A DNA stretch of 61,338 nt. It comes from Chiloscyllium plagiosum. Lineage: Eukaryota. The stretch lies in contig NC_057719.1 of NCBI RefSeq assembly GCF_004010195.1, forward strand, positions 4,327,865 through 4,389,202. The letters are read 5' to 3'. The translations under genes were made by a program, and so were the position numbers. Below, piece after piece: positions 24,151 to 37,604 of the stretch (its first letter is position 1; each line of letters begins with the position of its first letter). The notes under the pieces are model-generated. The model did no database searches, was not told the DNA's origin, and worked only from the letters and a program-made list of their open reading frames with translations.

Positions 24151-27100
24151 GGATTAAGAATCAGCAAGTGTGTCATGTTAATATATAAAAGGTAATATTA
24201 TGACACGGCTAATAGTCAGGAGAAATTTCTGTTTATAGTATTGAAAAAAAGAAGTAAAACAATAATATCAGAATAATTGGAGAGTTAACCAGAAATTGAT
24301 CCTCCAGCAATATGATTGGATAACACAAAGGTTATAATCAATCAGGAGAAAGTGAGGACTGCAGATGCTGGAGATCAGAGTCAAAGAATGTGTGGTGCTA
24401 GAAAAGCACAGCCGATCAGGCAGCATCCAAGGGGCAGGAAAGTTGCTGTTTCGAGCATAAGCTCTTCTTCAGGAATGCTCTCAAACACACAGTCAGATAA
24501 CACAATGATTTATCTTTCAGAAAGCAAATGAAGTGACTTGCAAAGGTTATCACAGAATCATAACTGAATGTGTGAATAGGCTGGAATAAATATCTTTAGT
24601 TGTTCATGGTGTTAATGCAGAGGATGTGCTACCATTCTTACTGACTCAATCCAGAAAAAAATAGCTTGAGGGAGAAGAAGTTAAATACATATTGGAGATT
24701 GACATTATCAACTGACTCATTGGAATTGGTATCATGGATGATGCTGAAACCAAATTGGTTTCAAATACTCTGCATTATTATAAAGCCAACACCACCAGAA
24801 AAGTGCAATTTTATCCTATTTAAGATTGGAGTACTGCATTGAAAGAATTGGAAGTGCATGATTTATCACCAAAATGGATATCAGCAAGTTCTTTTGATGG
24901 ACTCCATTGTTCCATTGACAGATGGCTGATCTGATATTCACTTTCCTGTGATTTCCCTTGAATGCTTCTTATCAAATCATTCAGTTTTGTGATGATCCCA
25001 CAAAGAATTAAGTAGGTCATTACAAAACTGGTATTTCTTTAACTCTCTCAGTTAAAGGAACTTGCCAGTTTCCCCTTAGGAGGTCAGTTTTAGTGGCAAA
25101 TTGTGCATGTTCAATTCATCCAATTTCTGTTTAGGGTGAGTCCCTTTTCATTCCAACCTTGACAATGAGATCATCAATACACATCAAGTGAGCTCCATGA
25201 CTCGGTTTAATAACGTTTTTGTCCATCATGAACCTAATCGTTTCCCTCAACTGAGCTAATCTCTGTCAATTGAGCCTGTACAAACATTCCTTTCTAGGTA
25301 ACACATCCGCCAGATCCACACTGTGAGTCAGCTTATGCCCAAAATGTTGACTTTCCTGTTCCTCGGATGCTGGCTGACCTGCTGTGCTTTTCCAGCGCTA
25401 CACTTTGGGTCAAAACTATTTTCCTGGCCTTTCCCACAAATTGATTTATATTCGCATTCATGTCACCTCCAGAGTTTCCTGTAAAATATTCATAACATTA
25501 TCTAACCTGTTAAGCACCTCTGTGACATCCAATCTGATTGTCTGGGGATTAACTTTGAATTTAAAATGAAAAAGTCAAAACTCCAACCACTCGGATTTTT
25601 AAAAAATTAAATTCAATATGTCATTCAGTACTGTATCTGCTAACTGTTGTCCTTATCATGATATCTTTTAAACATGCTAATATGACACACTCATTGACTC
25701 TACCCCCTGTCTGGTGTACTCATTACATAATTCATAACTTGAAAGTTCTGTTGGATTTGATAAGGTCCCATGAAACTTGCTTTCAATGGTTTCCCAGAGA
25801 CAGGTAACAATAGCAATGCCGAGACTCCATTAAAAAATTTCAAACGTTGGCCTTTTGGTCACTCTAATTTTCATTTGTTGTTGACCCTTTATCAAATATT
25901 TTTAGCTAACTCATGCAAGTTGGTTAGTTTTTCTCAGAAATTCTGGATTAGATATCAATTTGTAGTGCATTTGAGTTTTTATTTATCAACTTACCTGCGA
26001 TTAATTTAATCTACACCCATGCATCAGTTCAAAAAGACTAAATCCTGTGAACTGATTAAGGGCATCCCTAATGATAAGTGGTGACAAAGGAATTCCTTTT
26101 TCCCAATCATTAGGACATTCTGAATAAGGTGTAATCATGGTCTTCAAAGTTCGATATCCTTTTTCTAACACACCTTAAGATTGTAACTGGAAGATGTAAA
26201 TGGTTTAGTTACTAAATTACTCGCCATTCCCATGAATATCTGCAACATAACATTTAATCATTGATCTGATTGTATTTCTTTGGGTAATCAATATCATGTA
26301 ATGCAAACAGAACTACTTTTTCATGAATGTTTCTGCAACAATTTTCCCTAAAAGCAGAGCTTCAGGCAATCTTGTTGAAATAACCGTAATCACAAAAGAT
26401 ATTTGATCCCCATTCCTGGTTTTAAATAGAGTCCTCTTCAATCTTTTCTGGATTTCCCTCTTAAGTATACTCTTACTTCCTTTATACTCTTCTAAGGATT
26501 CATTTGATCTACCTGTTATACCTGACAAATGCTTCCTTCTTTTTCTTAACCAAACCCTCAATTTCTCCAGTCATCCAGTATTCCCTATACCTAACAGCCT
26601 TTCCTTTCACCCTGACAGGAATATACTTTCTCTGGATTCTCGTTATCTCATTTCTGAAGGCTTTCCATTTCCAGCCATCCCTTTACCTGCGAACATTTGT
26701 CCCCAATCAGCTTTTGAAAGTTCTTGCCTAATACCATCAAAATTGGCCTTTCTCCAATTTAGAACTTCAACTTTTAGATCTGGTCTGTCCTTTTCCATCA
26801 CTATTTTAAAACTAATAGCATTATAGTTGCTGGCCGCAAAGTGGTCCCCCACTGACACCTCAGTGACCTGCCCTGCCTTATTTCCCAACAGTAGGTCCAG
26901 TTTTGCACCTTCTCCAGTCGGTACATCCACATACTGACTCAGAAAACTTTCTTGCACACTCTTAACAAACTCCTCTCCATCTAAACCCTTAACACTATGG
27001 CAGTCCCAGTTAATGTTTGGAAAGTTAAAATCCTCAACCATAACCACCCTATAATTCTTACAAATAACTGAGACCTCCTAACAAATTTGTTTCTCAATTT

Positions 27101-28651
27101 CCCTCTGACTATTAGGGGATCTATAATGCAATCCTAGTAAGGTGATCGTCCCTTTCTTATTTCTCAGTTCCACCCAAGTAACTTCCCTGGATGTGTTTCT
27201 GGGAATATCCTCCCTCAGCACAGCCACTCTCCCTCCTCTCTTGCCTCTCTTTCTATCCTTCCTGTAGCATTTCTATCCTGGGACATTAAGCTGCCAGTCC
27301 TGCCCATCCCTGAGCCACGTTTCTGTAATTGCTATGATATCCCAGTCCCATGTTCCTAACCATGCCCTGAGTTCATCTGCCTTCCCTGTTAGGCCCCTTG
27401 CATTGAAATAAATGCAGTTTAATTTATCAGCCCTACCTTGATCTTTGCTTTGCCCCTGCCTGCCCTGACTCTTTGACTCGCTTCTTTTCTCAACTGTACC
27501 AGGCTCAGATTGATCTCTTTCCCCACTAACTCCCTGGGTCCCATCCCCCCCCTTACTAGTTTAAATCCCATGAGCACTCTGGCAAATCTCTCTGCCAGTA
27601 TATTAGTCCCCTTCCAATTCAGGTGCAATCTGTCCTTTCTGTACTCATCACTTCTACCCAAGAATAGATTCCAATTATCCAAATATGTAAATCCTTCTCC
27701 CATACACCAGCTCCTCAGTCATGCATTCATTTGCTCTATCCTCCTATTCCTATCCTCACTAGCTCATAGCACTAGGAGTAATCCAGATATTACTACCCTC
27801 GTGAATCTCCTTTTTAAATCTCTACCTATCTCTCTGTATTTTCCATTCAGAATCTCATCCTTTTCCCTTCCTTTGTCGTTGGTACCAATGTGTGCAATGA
27901 CCTTCTGCTGGTCCCTCTCCCCTTTGAGAACATTTTGCACCTTCTCTGAGACATCCTTGATCCTGGCACCAAGGAGGGAACACACCATTCTGATCTTTCA
28001 CTGCTGGCCACAGGAACATCTGTCTTTGCCTCGGACTAGAGAGTCCCCTGATACAATTGATCTTTTGGAGCCCGACATACCCGTCATTGCATTAGAGCCA
28101 ATCTCAATTCCAGAAACCTGGCTGTTCATGCTACATTCCCCTGAGGATCCATCACCCCTTACATTTTCCAAAACAGCATATTTGCTTGAAATGGGGAGTT
28201 AATCCTAGAGTTAACCCGTCTATGTGACTGTATCAGTGACTTTTCTCCTTTTCTATAACCACTATCCATCACACCCCCTTGCTCTTGTAAATTATTCATT
28301 GCCTCTAACTGTCGCTTCAAGTAATCTATTCAATTTGATAGGATTCGCAACCAATGACATTTATTGCAGATATAATCCTCAGTAACATGTAAACTCTCCC
28401 TAAACTCCCATATCTGACAAGAAGAGCATATCACTCTACGATGGGTCATTTTGCTTCTTCCAATCTGCAGATCCAGAAAATAGCACCGTCTTATTCCTCG
28501 ACAAAACATTGCTGCAGGCTAACTTAATACTTATGGCTTATATTTTTAAGTTTAATCAAGAGACAATACCTCAATAAAACATATGATCAAGAAAAAACCC
28601 ACTCTACTGACTACTGCAGACTTACAGCAAAACCACATTTAAAACTTAAAA

Positions 28652-30425
28652 CACATGGGGACACCTCCTACCATGTATGGGGCCAGTATTCATGTGACTC
28701 AGCCAATGTTGTCTATCTCATACGCTGCAGGCAAGGAGGCCCTGAGGCTTGGTACATTGGTGAGACCAAGCAGAGGTTACTGCAACAGATGAATGGGCAC
28801 TGCACAACAATCAACAGACAGGAGTGTTCCCTCCCAGTCGGAGTACACTACAGTGGTCTGGGACATTCAACCTCAGATCTTTGCTTGACCATCCTCCATT
28901 GTTGGGACAGACAACAATGTAAAGTGGGCGAAAGTGAGGACTGCAGATGCTGGAGATTAAAGTCAAGCTTAGGGTGGTGCTGGAAAAGCACAGCAGGTCA
29001 GGCAGCATCCGAGGAGCAGGAAAATCAATGTTTCAGGCAGAAGCCCTTCATCAGCCATTCCTGATAAAGGGCTCCCGACCAAAATGTCGATTTTCCTGCT
29101 CTTCGGATGCTGCCTGACCTGCTGTGCTTTTCCAGCACCACCCTAATCTTAACAACGTAAAGTGGCCGAGCAGAGGCTGATACCCAAATTCGGTACCCAT
29201 GGGGCTGGCCTTAACCGGGACCTTGGGTACATGTCACACTACAGGTGACCCCATTGCACTACACACACACACACACACACACACTACAGACCCATAAACT
29301 CATGCAGACCCTCATACACAAGCTCTCTCTCACACGCTCGCACATACACTCCCACACACACCCTCGCACAGATTTATACCCTTTTACACTCCCACTTATA
29401 TGCACATACATACACACACCCTCTCACAGACACTTAGCCCACGCACACACACACCCACATGCAAAAGTTTGTCAGGTGAATTTGTACTTGCAGAATTGCA
29501 TTTTTTTTGCTCAATAACTGCACAAATCCGTGTAAGATTCTGTAAATCCATTTTTAGATTAGAATCAGTCTGAAAATTGGGGCACAGACATCCTCATACA
29601 AGGCACCTCACACCTTCAATGCTTCATCTGGGCCGATATGGCATCTATTGTTAAAGTTCACTTGAGAATGTAACTTTAAGAAAGTTTTGGAATTTACATA
29701 TGAAAGAACTGAAATCACAAAGAAGACCACACACACACACACACTACCGACCCATACACTCATGCAGACCCTCATACACAAGCTCTCTCTCACACGCTCG
29801 CACATACACTCCCACACACACCCTCGCACAGATTTATACCCTTTTACACTCCCACTTATATGCACATACATACACACACCCTCTCACAGACACTTAGCCC
29901 ACACACACACACACACCCACATGCAATCACACGCAAAAGTTTGTCAGGTGAATTTGTACTTGCAGAATTGCATTTTTTTCCTCAATAACTGCACAAATCC
30001 GTGTAAGATTCTGTAAATCCATTTTTAGATTAGAATCAGTCTGAAAATTGGGGCACAGACATCCTCATACAAGGCACCTCACCTTCAATGCTTCATCTGG
30101 GCCGATATGGCACCTATTGTTAAAGTTCACTTGAGAATGTAACTTTAAGAAAGTTTTGGAATTTACATATGAAAGAACTGAAATCACAAAGAAGAGAGAC
30201 TTAACAAACAATTCAGGTCTTTTTCAATATATAATTTCAGTTACATCACAATGCAAACTTTTGCTATAAATTCTGTGTCCTATGATCTTATGCTCCACAA
30301 GCACCTCATGAAGGAGCAGCGCTCCGAAAGCTAGTGCTTCCAAATAAACTTGTTGGACTATAACCTGATGTTGTCTGATTTTTAACTTTGTACTCCGCAG
30401 TCAAACACCAGCACCTCCAAATCAC
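28652..30425 (+). mobile_element. Penelope-like element: GIY-YIG endonuclease end, CA-rich 3' UTR (tandemly duplicated) and pLTR
   Basis: Translation YSCDSANVVYLIRCRQGGPEAWYIGETKQ; hammerhead motif at 30299-30339. Confidence 0.9.
28928..29150. mobile_element. Palindromic solo pLTR nested in the GIY-YIG coding region of another PLE
   Basis: 15-bp TSD AACAA(T/C)GTAAAGTGG (28913-28927 / 29151-29165); inverted arms. Confidence 0.88.
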
Positions 30426-30899
30426 ACTTAAAACTATTCACTTATCTGTTTCTGTGCTGTGATCCCTCCCAAACAGGTTCCTCCAAGATTAGTTGTGAAT
30501 TTCACTGTTTGGTAACTTTCCCAGATGCACTCCAATGTCCAGTGATCCATAAATTCAAACAGCAAAAGCAGTAACTGTACAGGTTCACTGCTGTGTCAGT
30601 TAGCAATGTGGGGTTCTTTCTCTCTCTCTCTCTCCTGCACTGACCTCACCATGTGTTGCCTTTGTCTGTTTCTCTCCCTTTTAAAACTGCTGTTGTTTTG
30701 ACTTTTTTTCTCCAAAGTTCCAAAACAATGCAACAGCATGTAAAACAGTAATTGCTGCTCCTGGAATTTGAGGAAATCACCTCCAACACCTAAAATACCT
30801 CAAAAAAGGAGTAGCCTGTTACAGCTAAAAGAAGTTTTCTCATCGTCCAACATCATTGGTCTACATTTCCTCATTAAGGCATTGTTTCTGACTTAATCA

Positions 30900-32038
30900 C
30901 CGAGTAGGCTGTTAAGTGAATGCACTGTTACCAAGTTTGTGGACAGCACAAAAATAGGTAGGATCCAAGTTGTGAGGATGACATTAGCAGTCTACAGAGG
31001 AACATAGACCAGAGAGATATTGACAGGTTAAACGAGTGGGGCAGACAATATGGACAAATGTGAGTTATATACTTTGGCAGGTACAATGGAGGCGCTGAAT
31101 ATTATTTATCTGGAGAAAGACTGCAGAAAGCCACAGCACAGAGGGATTTGGGGGGGTCCCCGTGCAAGAATCAAAATAATTTGGCATTTAAGCCCAGTCA
31201 GTAATTGAGAAGGGAAATGGGCTTTATTTCAAAAGAATAGAGTATAAAGTTGGGAAATCTCACTAAAACTGTACAAAGCATTGGTCAGCATAGTGGAATA
31301 GTGTGAACAGTTTTGGGCTCCTTTTCTTGGGAAAAATGAACTCCCATTGGAGGCAGTCCAGAGAAAGTTCACCAAGCTGATACCAGCTCAAGGGGTAATG
31401 TCTCAAACAGAAAAACACAAAAATTGCTGGAGAAATCCACTGGGTCTGATGAAAGGTCATGAGGCTTGAAATGTTAATTCTGTTTCTCTCTCCACAGATG
31501 TTGCCAGACCTGCTGAATTTCTCCAGCAATTTCTGTTTTTCAGTTGTTTCAGAGCTCAATCGTCCACAATTCTTTGTTTTATTTTTATGCAGGGACTGTC
31601 TTGCGAGGAGAGGATGAGTAGGTTTGGCCCGTACTCATTGGAGTTTAGAAAAATGAGAGGAGACCTCTTTGAATCATACCAAGATTCTTGGGGAACTTGA
31701 CAGGGGAGATGTGGAGAGGTCATTTCTCCTTGTGGGAGAGTCTCAGACCAGAGCGCATCATCTCAGAGTAAGGAATTGTTGATTTAAAACAGAGATGAGG
31801 AGGGATTTGTTCTCTCAGAGGGCAGTGATTCTCTGGAATTCTTTACCACGGAGGGATGTCAAGGCTGTGTGATTAAGTATATTCAAGGCTGAGACAAACA
31901 AATTTTTAATCAGTAAGGGAATTAAGGGTGGGGGGAAAAGGCAGGAGAGTGGTGCTGAGTCATGTCAGATCAGCTACAATCTTGTTAAATGGCATTGCAT
32001 GTTCCTCGATGTGCTGAATGGCCTGCATCTATGGTCTT
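30900..32038 (+). mobile_element. CR1 3' portion with a pLTR insertion at ~31405-31590
   Basis: KFVDSTKIG-like coding, ATGAGAGGAGACCTCTTTGAA, and a CR1 3' UTR. Confidence 0.85.
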
Positions 32039-33398
32039 AAGGAATGCAGAGCATACTGCATGTGCAGAGTGACACACAGCCCCTGTACACACAGTCCTTG
32101 CCTGTGAGGGCTTGCGGGGGATGAGTCTGTGTTACAGAGGCTGCAATGCTGCCACACCTGAAGCTGTTGACAGTTATGGGCCTGTTCTGTGAGTTGTTGT
32201 TGTCATTACTGCCTGAAACAATCTTGCCCACATTCGTGACCGTCACCAGCCCGAGAGATCAGACATGGGAGGCCTGTTTACTTTCACCTAAACCTGCTCT
32301 GACTGTGGGGAGACTGGCGCCTCTGAGGTCAGCAAACCAGCATGGTAATGAGAAACAAATTAAATGTGGGATCTTTCTGTGTAGTTCTGTTCAACACAGG
32401 GCACGCATTCAACCATCAAGGCACTTGGGCTGGCTTGGTACTTTGGCAATGCATTGATTTGGCAAATCTTCATCTGGCTCTCGTTCTGAGTGTGGACACT
32501 AAGCTCAGCGACTTGTTCTGAGAATTTCAAAGCTTGCCAGACCCAATAAATCTTCAACTGAAAGCCCCTTCAGTGCTTGACAGGACCATCAAAGTGGGAA
32601 CTCTAAAACACAATTCCATTTCATTTACGAACAATAATCACACTAAAAGCAGCGAACCGGGAATGGGACTTCCTGACACTAAATTTAATCATTTCTTGGT
32701 AGTACATCAATGATTTGAGTTTCACGAGTCCAAGATCAACATGACTGGGAGATTCGTCAAATGATTCCAGGGCCCAGAGCCGTCTTTGTTTTATTCAGTG
32801 TCCGAGCTTACCCAGAACACTCTCTACTGAAAAGGGTCGCATTTCGGTGTTTCCAAGCTGAATTTCCACCCTTCCACTCCTGCCCCCCACTCCCTGCCCA
32901 CTAACTCTCACCACCCAGAAAGGATTCACACTGAGTCAAAGCAATGATGGATTGTTAATGAGTTTGTACAACCCAGTCAGTCAGCACTGAAACAACATGA
33001 GACAATTCATTATAGTCCTGGGTATTCCAGCACATGGAGAGAGTCCTATAAGTCTACAGTACATGACAAGGCCCATGGAGTCTGCCCTGGTCACAAACAG
33101 CCACCTAACTGTGCAATTCACTGCAGCAGTAATCAGAGTTTCCAAAAGGTGATCAAACGTCAGCTGGGTTCTGCATCAATTGCAATGCAGCCTCAACCAA
33201 ATCACTCCTCACAACGACAGACAGTAAGATTGAGGGAAGATTGGACTCATCAAAATTCACAGCACAGTAAGAGGTAACTTCATCCAGGAGTCTGTGCTGC
33301 CTGAACAAATGTTAGAATGACCAACGCATCGCAACTCTGCTCTTGTAAGCAAGAGACCTTTAGGGACTGTCACCAAATTTGCACATGACACTACAATA

Positions 33399-33720
33399 TG
33401 GGGGCAGCACAGTGGTTCAGTGGTTAGCACTGCTGCCTCATAGCACCAGGGTCCCAGGTTCAATTCCAGCCTCGGGTGACTGTCTGTATGGAGTTTGCAC
33501 ATTCTCCCCATGTTCGCGTGGGTTTCCTCTGGGTGCTCCAGTTTCCTCCCACAGTCTGGAGCTGTGCAGGTCAGGTGAATTGGCCATGCTAAATTGCTCA
33601 TAGTGTTAGGTGCATTAGTCAGAGGGAAATGTATCTGGTTGGGTTACTCTTCGGAGGGTCAGTGTGGACTTGTTGGGGCCAAAGGGCCTGTTTCCACACT
33701 GTAGGGAATCTAATCTAATT
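33399..33720 (+). mobile_element. HE1-type V-SINE, full length
   Basis: tRNA head, V-domain, CR1-like tail AAGGGCCTGTTTCCACACTGTAG and (AATCT)n end. Confidence 0.95.
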
Positions 33721-33724
33721 TTCT

Positions 33725-34020
33725 ACAATAGGTGGAAAGGCAGATTGTGAGAGGGATGCAAACAGTTTACAGGGCGATATCGATAGGTTAAGTCAGTGGT
33801 CAAAAATGAGGCAAATGGAGTATAATGTGGGAAAATGTGAAGCTGCAAGAGAGAACAGAGGAACAGAACATTATTTAATTGGAGAAAACCAGCAGAATGC
33901 AGCAAACACAAAGGGATTTGGGGAGAATTTGTGTATGAAACACAGAAAGCTAGCACACAGGTACAGCAGATAATCAAGAAGGCAAATGGAATGTTGGCCC
34001 TTATTTCAGGGGGTTGGAGG
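33725..34020 (+). mobile_element. CR1 RT fragment
   Basis: LQGDIDRL...QMEYNVGKCE-like coding. Confidence 0.75.
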
Positions 34021-34377
34021 ATGGCTTGGTATTTTTAAAATGTGATGTGATGAACCATACTCACCAGACATTCAGGCAGAGAACTTCAAACTCTGCCTCC
34101 CTCCGGGCAAAACATATCCATCCTCAACTCTTCTCTCTCTCCAAACAGAAATAAATTTTCCCACTTTCACTCAGACCCCTCGCAATTTTAGACAACTCAA
34201 TTAAAATCTCCACTCAACTGCCTCTGTTCTATCGTAAACATTCCCACCTAACAAATATTCACTCATCACTAAAATTCACCAATCCTGGCATACTTCCTCA
34301 TCAGCTTGCTCTACAGTCAGTGTCATTGCCAGAATGGTACCTGGTTCCATATCTGCCATCTAATTAGTTTATAGAGT

Positions 34378-35870
34378 TAAGACCAGAAGAAACAGGGACA
34401 GGAATAATCAGTTTGCCCCCCTGAGCATGTTACATTATTCAATAGGATAAGGACTGATCCAACATGCCTCACGCTCACTTTCCTGCCATTTCCCTTGATT
34501 CCCCGACTGGTTGAAAAACTCTTTCTCAGCCTTAAATATAGACAAGGACTCTGTCTCCACTGCTTTCTGTGACAAGGAGTTCCAAAGACTCACAACCCTC
34601 TGAGAGAAGAAATTCCTCCTCATCTCAGTCTTAAATTGGTGCCACTTTATTCTGAGACTATCCCTTCTGGTCTTACACTCTCCCATGAGGGGAAATATTC
34701 TCTCAGCATTTACCCTGCCATGCCCCTTAGGAATCTGACATGTTTCAATGAGATCACTTCTCATTCTTCTGAACTCCAGTGAGTAGAATCCCTACCTGTT
34801 CAGCCTTTGCGCATAAGACAATCCCTCCATACCAGGGATCATCCGAGTGAATCTTCTCTTGAACTTCCTCCAATGAAATGATAGTCTTTTGGATGTAGGT
34901 TTGCTCGTTGAGCTGGAAGGTTCGTTTTCAGACATTTGATCACCATTATATGTAACATCTTCAGTGAGCCTCCGAATGAAGCACTGGTGGTGTAGCCCAC
35001 TTTCTACTTATATGTTTGAGTTTCCTTGGGTTGGTGATGTCATTTCCTGTGGTGGCATAATTTCCTGTTATTTTTCTCAGGGGTGGTAAATGGGATACAA
35101 GTCAATATATTTGTTGATAGAGTTCCTGTTGGAATGCCATTCTTCTAGGGATTCTTGTGCATGTCTCTGGCTTGTCGTAGGATGGATATGTTGTCCCAGT
35201 CGAAATGATGTCCTTCCTCATCCATATGTAAGGATACTAGTGAGAGTGGGTCATGTCGTTTTGTGGCTAGTTGATGTTCATGTATCTTTGTGGCCCGTTT
35301 TCTGCCTGTTTGTCCAATGTAGTGTTTGTTATAGTCCTTGTACGGTATTTTGTAAATGACATTAGTTTTGCTTTTTAGTGAGGAAGCCTATATCCAGAAC
35401 CTCAAACCTGAGCCACAAATCTTCTCAAAACATGATAATCTTTTCTTAAATAAGGGGACCAAGACTGCTCACAGTACTCCAGATGTGGTCTCACCAGCAC
35501 CTTGTACGTGTCTAGTAAGACTTCCCTACTCTAATACTCCAAACTCCTTGAAATAAAGATCAACATTCCACTAGCCTTCCTTATTAACTGTTGCACCTGT
35601 GTGCCAGCTTTCTGTGCATTGTACACAAGATCCCCCGAAGTCCCTTTGGTGTTGCAGCTTTCTGCAATTTTTCTCCATTTAAATAAAACACTGTTCTCCA
35701 TCCAAAATGAACACCACATTTCCCCACATTATACTCCATTTTCAACATTTTTGCCCATTTACTTAACCTATCAATAACTCTCTCTGAACTGTTTGTATCT
35801 CTCTCACAACCTGCCTGTCAACCTATTATAGTCTCATCTGCAAATTTGGTGACATTAAATTCACTTCCCG
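34378..35870 (-). mobile_element. CR1 3' portion interrupted by a PLE
   Basis: ORF MRSDLIET...RRNFFSQRVVSLWNSL; continues after 35432. Confidence 0.9.
34891..35431 (-). mobile_element. Penelope-like element (a different family): GIY-YIG end, pLTR and short inverted piece
   Basis: Minus translation NVIYKIPYKDYNKHYIGQTGRK...HEHQ; TSD ATGATA(G/A)TCTTTT (34878-34890 / 35432-35444); hammerhead relic TCA-CTGAAGA...ATGTC-TGA. Confidence 0.88.
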
Positions 35871-36444
35871 ACTGCTTGGTAAAATCTCCATATTCTTACA
35901 CGTTATGCCTCAGCTGATAAAGAAAGGATCATCATTATCTTCTTAACCACCTTATGTCTCTGAACTTCGTTCACTCTATCCCTCTACATATCTCAATATC
36001 CACCATTCACTGTCCCCTGGTCTTACCTGCCCTTACCAAATGATCCCCATATTCCAGGCTGAATTCCATTTGCCCACCTGACCAGTCCATTGAGATCTTC
36101 CTGCAGACCACATCCTTTTTCTTCAAGTTTATCCTTTCAGTATCAGCTGCAGATTTCTTAATCATAGTCTCAACAGAGCAGTCTAAATCATTGAGATTTA
36201 CAGTAAAACAAGGTACTGGTATTGAAAGAAAATTCCAGTTGCAGCCCCAACTGGACATTGTGTTTGGATCTCTCGGAGTTCCAGCTCCTTGACTGTTCTG
36301 TCATGTAGCACTTTCCTTATCTTGGGAAACCTGGTAATTTAGCTACTTTTGAGGATGTTAAATATTTCCTCTCACTATGTTTATCGGGCACTTGGAAGTA
36401 CTCAAGGATGCCCCCATTAGAATGGGGTACAATGCTCAACTCAT

Positions 36445-37120
36445 CAGCCGCCACACACACACACCTACAGACTCATGCACTCAAGCAGGCCCTCTCTCAT
36501 ACACAAGCTCTTTCTCATACGCTCACACATACACAACCCCAACACTCACATCACACACACACCCTCTGACAGACTTATACCCCTTTATACTTACGCACAC
36601 ACTCTCTCACAAACATTACCCACACACACACACCCACATGCAAACACACATGAGTTTGTGGGTGAATTTGTACTTGAAGAATTACATTTTATTTTGCTTA
36701 AAAACTGCATGAATCCATGTAAGATTCTGTAATTATTATATTTTTAGAAATGGAATCAGTCTGAACATTGGGGCACAGGCAGCCTCACACAGGGGAACCC
36801 CACACCTTCAATGCATCATCTGGGCTGACATGGCACCTATTGTTAAAGTTCACTTGAGAATGTAACTTTAAAAAAAAAAGTCCTGAGATTTATATATGAA
36901 AGAACTGAAACCAACACGTTCTTTCTAAAAGATGAGAGACTTCACAAACAATGCAGGTCTTTTTCAACATATAATTTCAGTGTAAACCTTTGCTAAAAAC
37001 TCTGTGTCTTATGATCTTACACTCCATAACCACCTGATGAAGGAGCAGCACTCCAAAAGCTAGTGCTTCCAAATAAACCTGTTGGACTACACCACCGTCC
37101 AACACCAACACCTCCAAATT
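36445..37120 (+). mobile_element. Penelope-like 3' UTR and pLTR (same family as 28652-30425)
   Basis: Collinear similarity to 29730-30420; CTGATGAAGGAGCAGCACTCCAAAAGCTAGTG at ~37034. Confidence 0.88.
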
Positions 37121-37604
37121 ACATTTACCCAAATTTCACATTCCTCATCTTCACAACGTCTGCACTGTTCTTCTCTTTTGTGAAGAGAGGTGCAAATATT
37201 CATCAAGAACAATGTTGAGATATTCTATCTTCATGCACACGTTAATCTCTAAAAGGCTCAGCTTTTATTTTTCTGCTCTTCGAATATGCATATGACAACT
37301 TTTGGCTTTCTTTGATTTGACTTGCTGATATTGTTTCATATTCACCCTTTGCTTTCCTAATTTCCTTTTTAAATTTCACCTCTGCTATTTCTAGATCTTC
37401 TGGACATTTTCAAGTACTTTGTGTCCAACATGTATCACTCCGAGAATCTGAGTTTCCATAATAAAGTAGGCTTTTCCATGCAGCCAGGGAAGGTGTTGGT
37501 ATGAGCTCCAATTTATGTCCATCACAGGCTGATCAGGAATTATTCCCACTCTTACTTCCTGCCATTCATTTTGTTGGAAGGATTTACAAATAATATTTGC
37601 ATCA

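Larger units (their letters stand above)
17400..26430. mobile_element. Patchwork of decayed Gmr1-like Gypsy LTR-retrotransposon pol fragments on both strands, with many nested insertions
   Basis: PDCVVIRSQ (17630, -); integrase zinc-finger ILRAAHKVPMAG (19510, -; again ~21360); RT ATYLGHTVG (21815, +); RNase H IDASDISVGSVFLQ and LLALQHFE (22266-22410, +); GVDSLLGNDLA (22660, +); CHVN and RT start (24170-24880, +); integrase core LPKEIQSDQ and WEKGIP (26090-26290, -). Confidence 0.8.
26440..30850 (-). mobile_element. CR1 5' half: 5' UTR, ORF1 (CxxC/CxxC finger plus SGNH esterase-like domain) and APE endonuclease; 5' UTR interrupted by a PLE
   Basis: ORF1 ATG at 28449 gives MTHRRVICSSCQIWE...YICNKC. 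Esterase-like motifs HIGTND and DRLHLNWKG. Endonuclease motifs DFNFPNINW...LDLLL...DHF. Disrupted by stops and frameshifts. Confidence 0.9.

Noticed and set aside
27510..28202. 230-aa plus-strand ORF
   Set aside because: Antisense shadow of CR1 ORF1; the recognisable motifs are on the minus strand.
33399..33475. tRNA-like sequence with A and B boxes
   Set aside because: It is the tRNA-derived head of an HE1 SINE, not a tRNA gene; the same applies to the other SINE heads.
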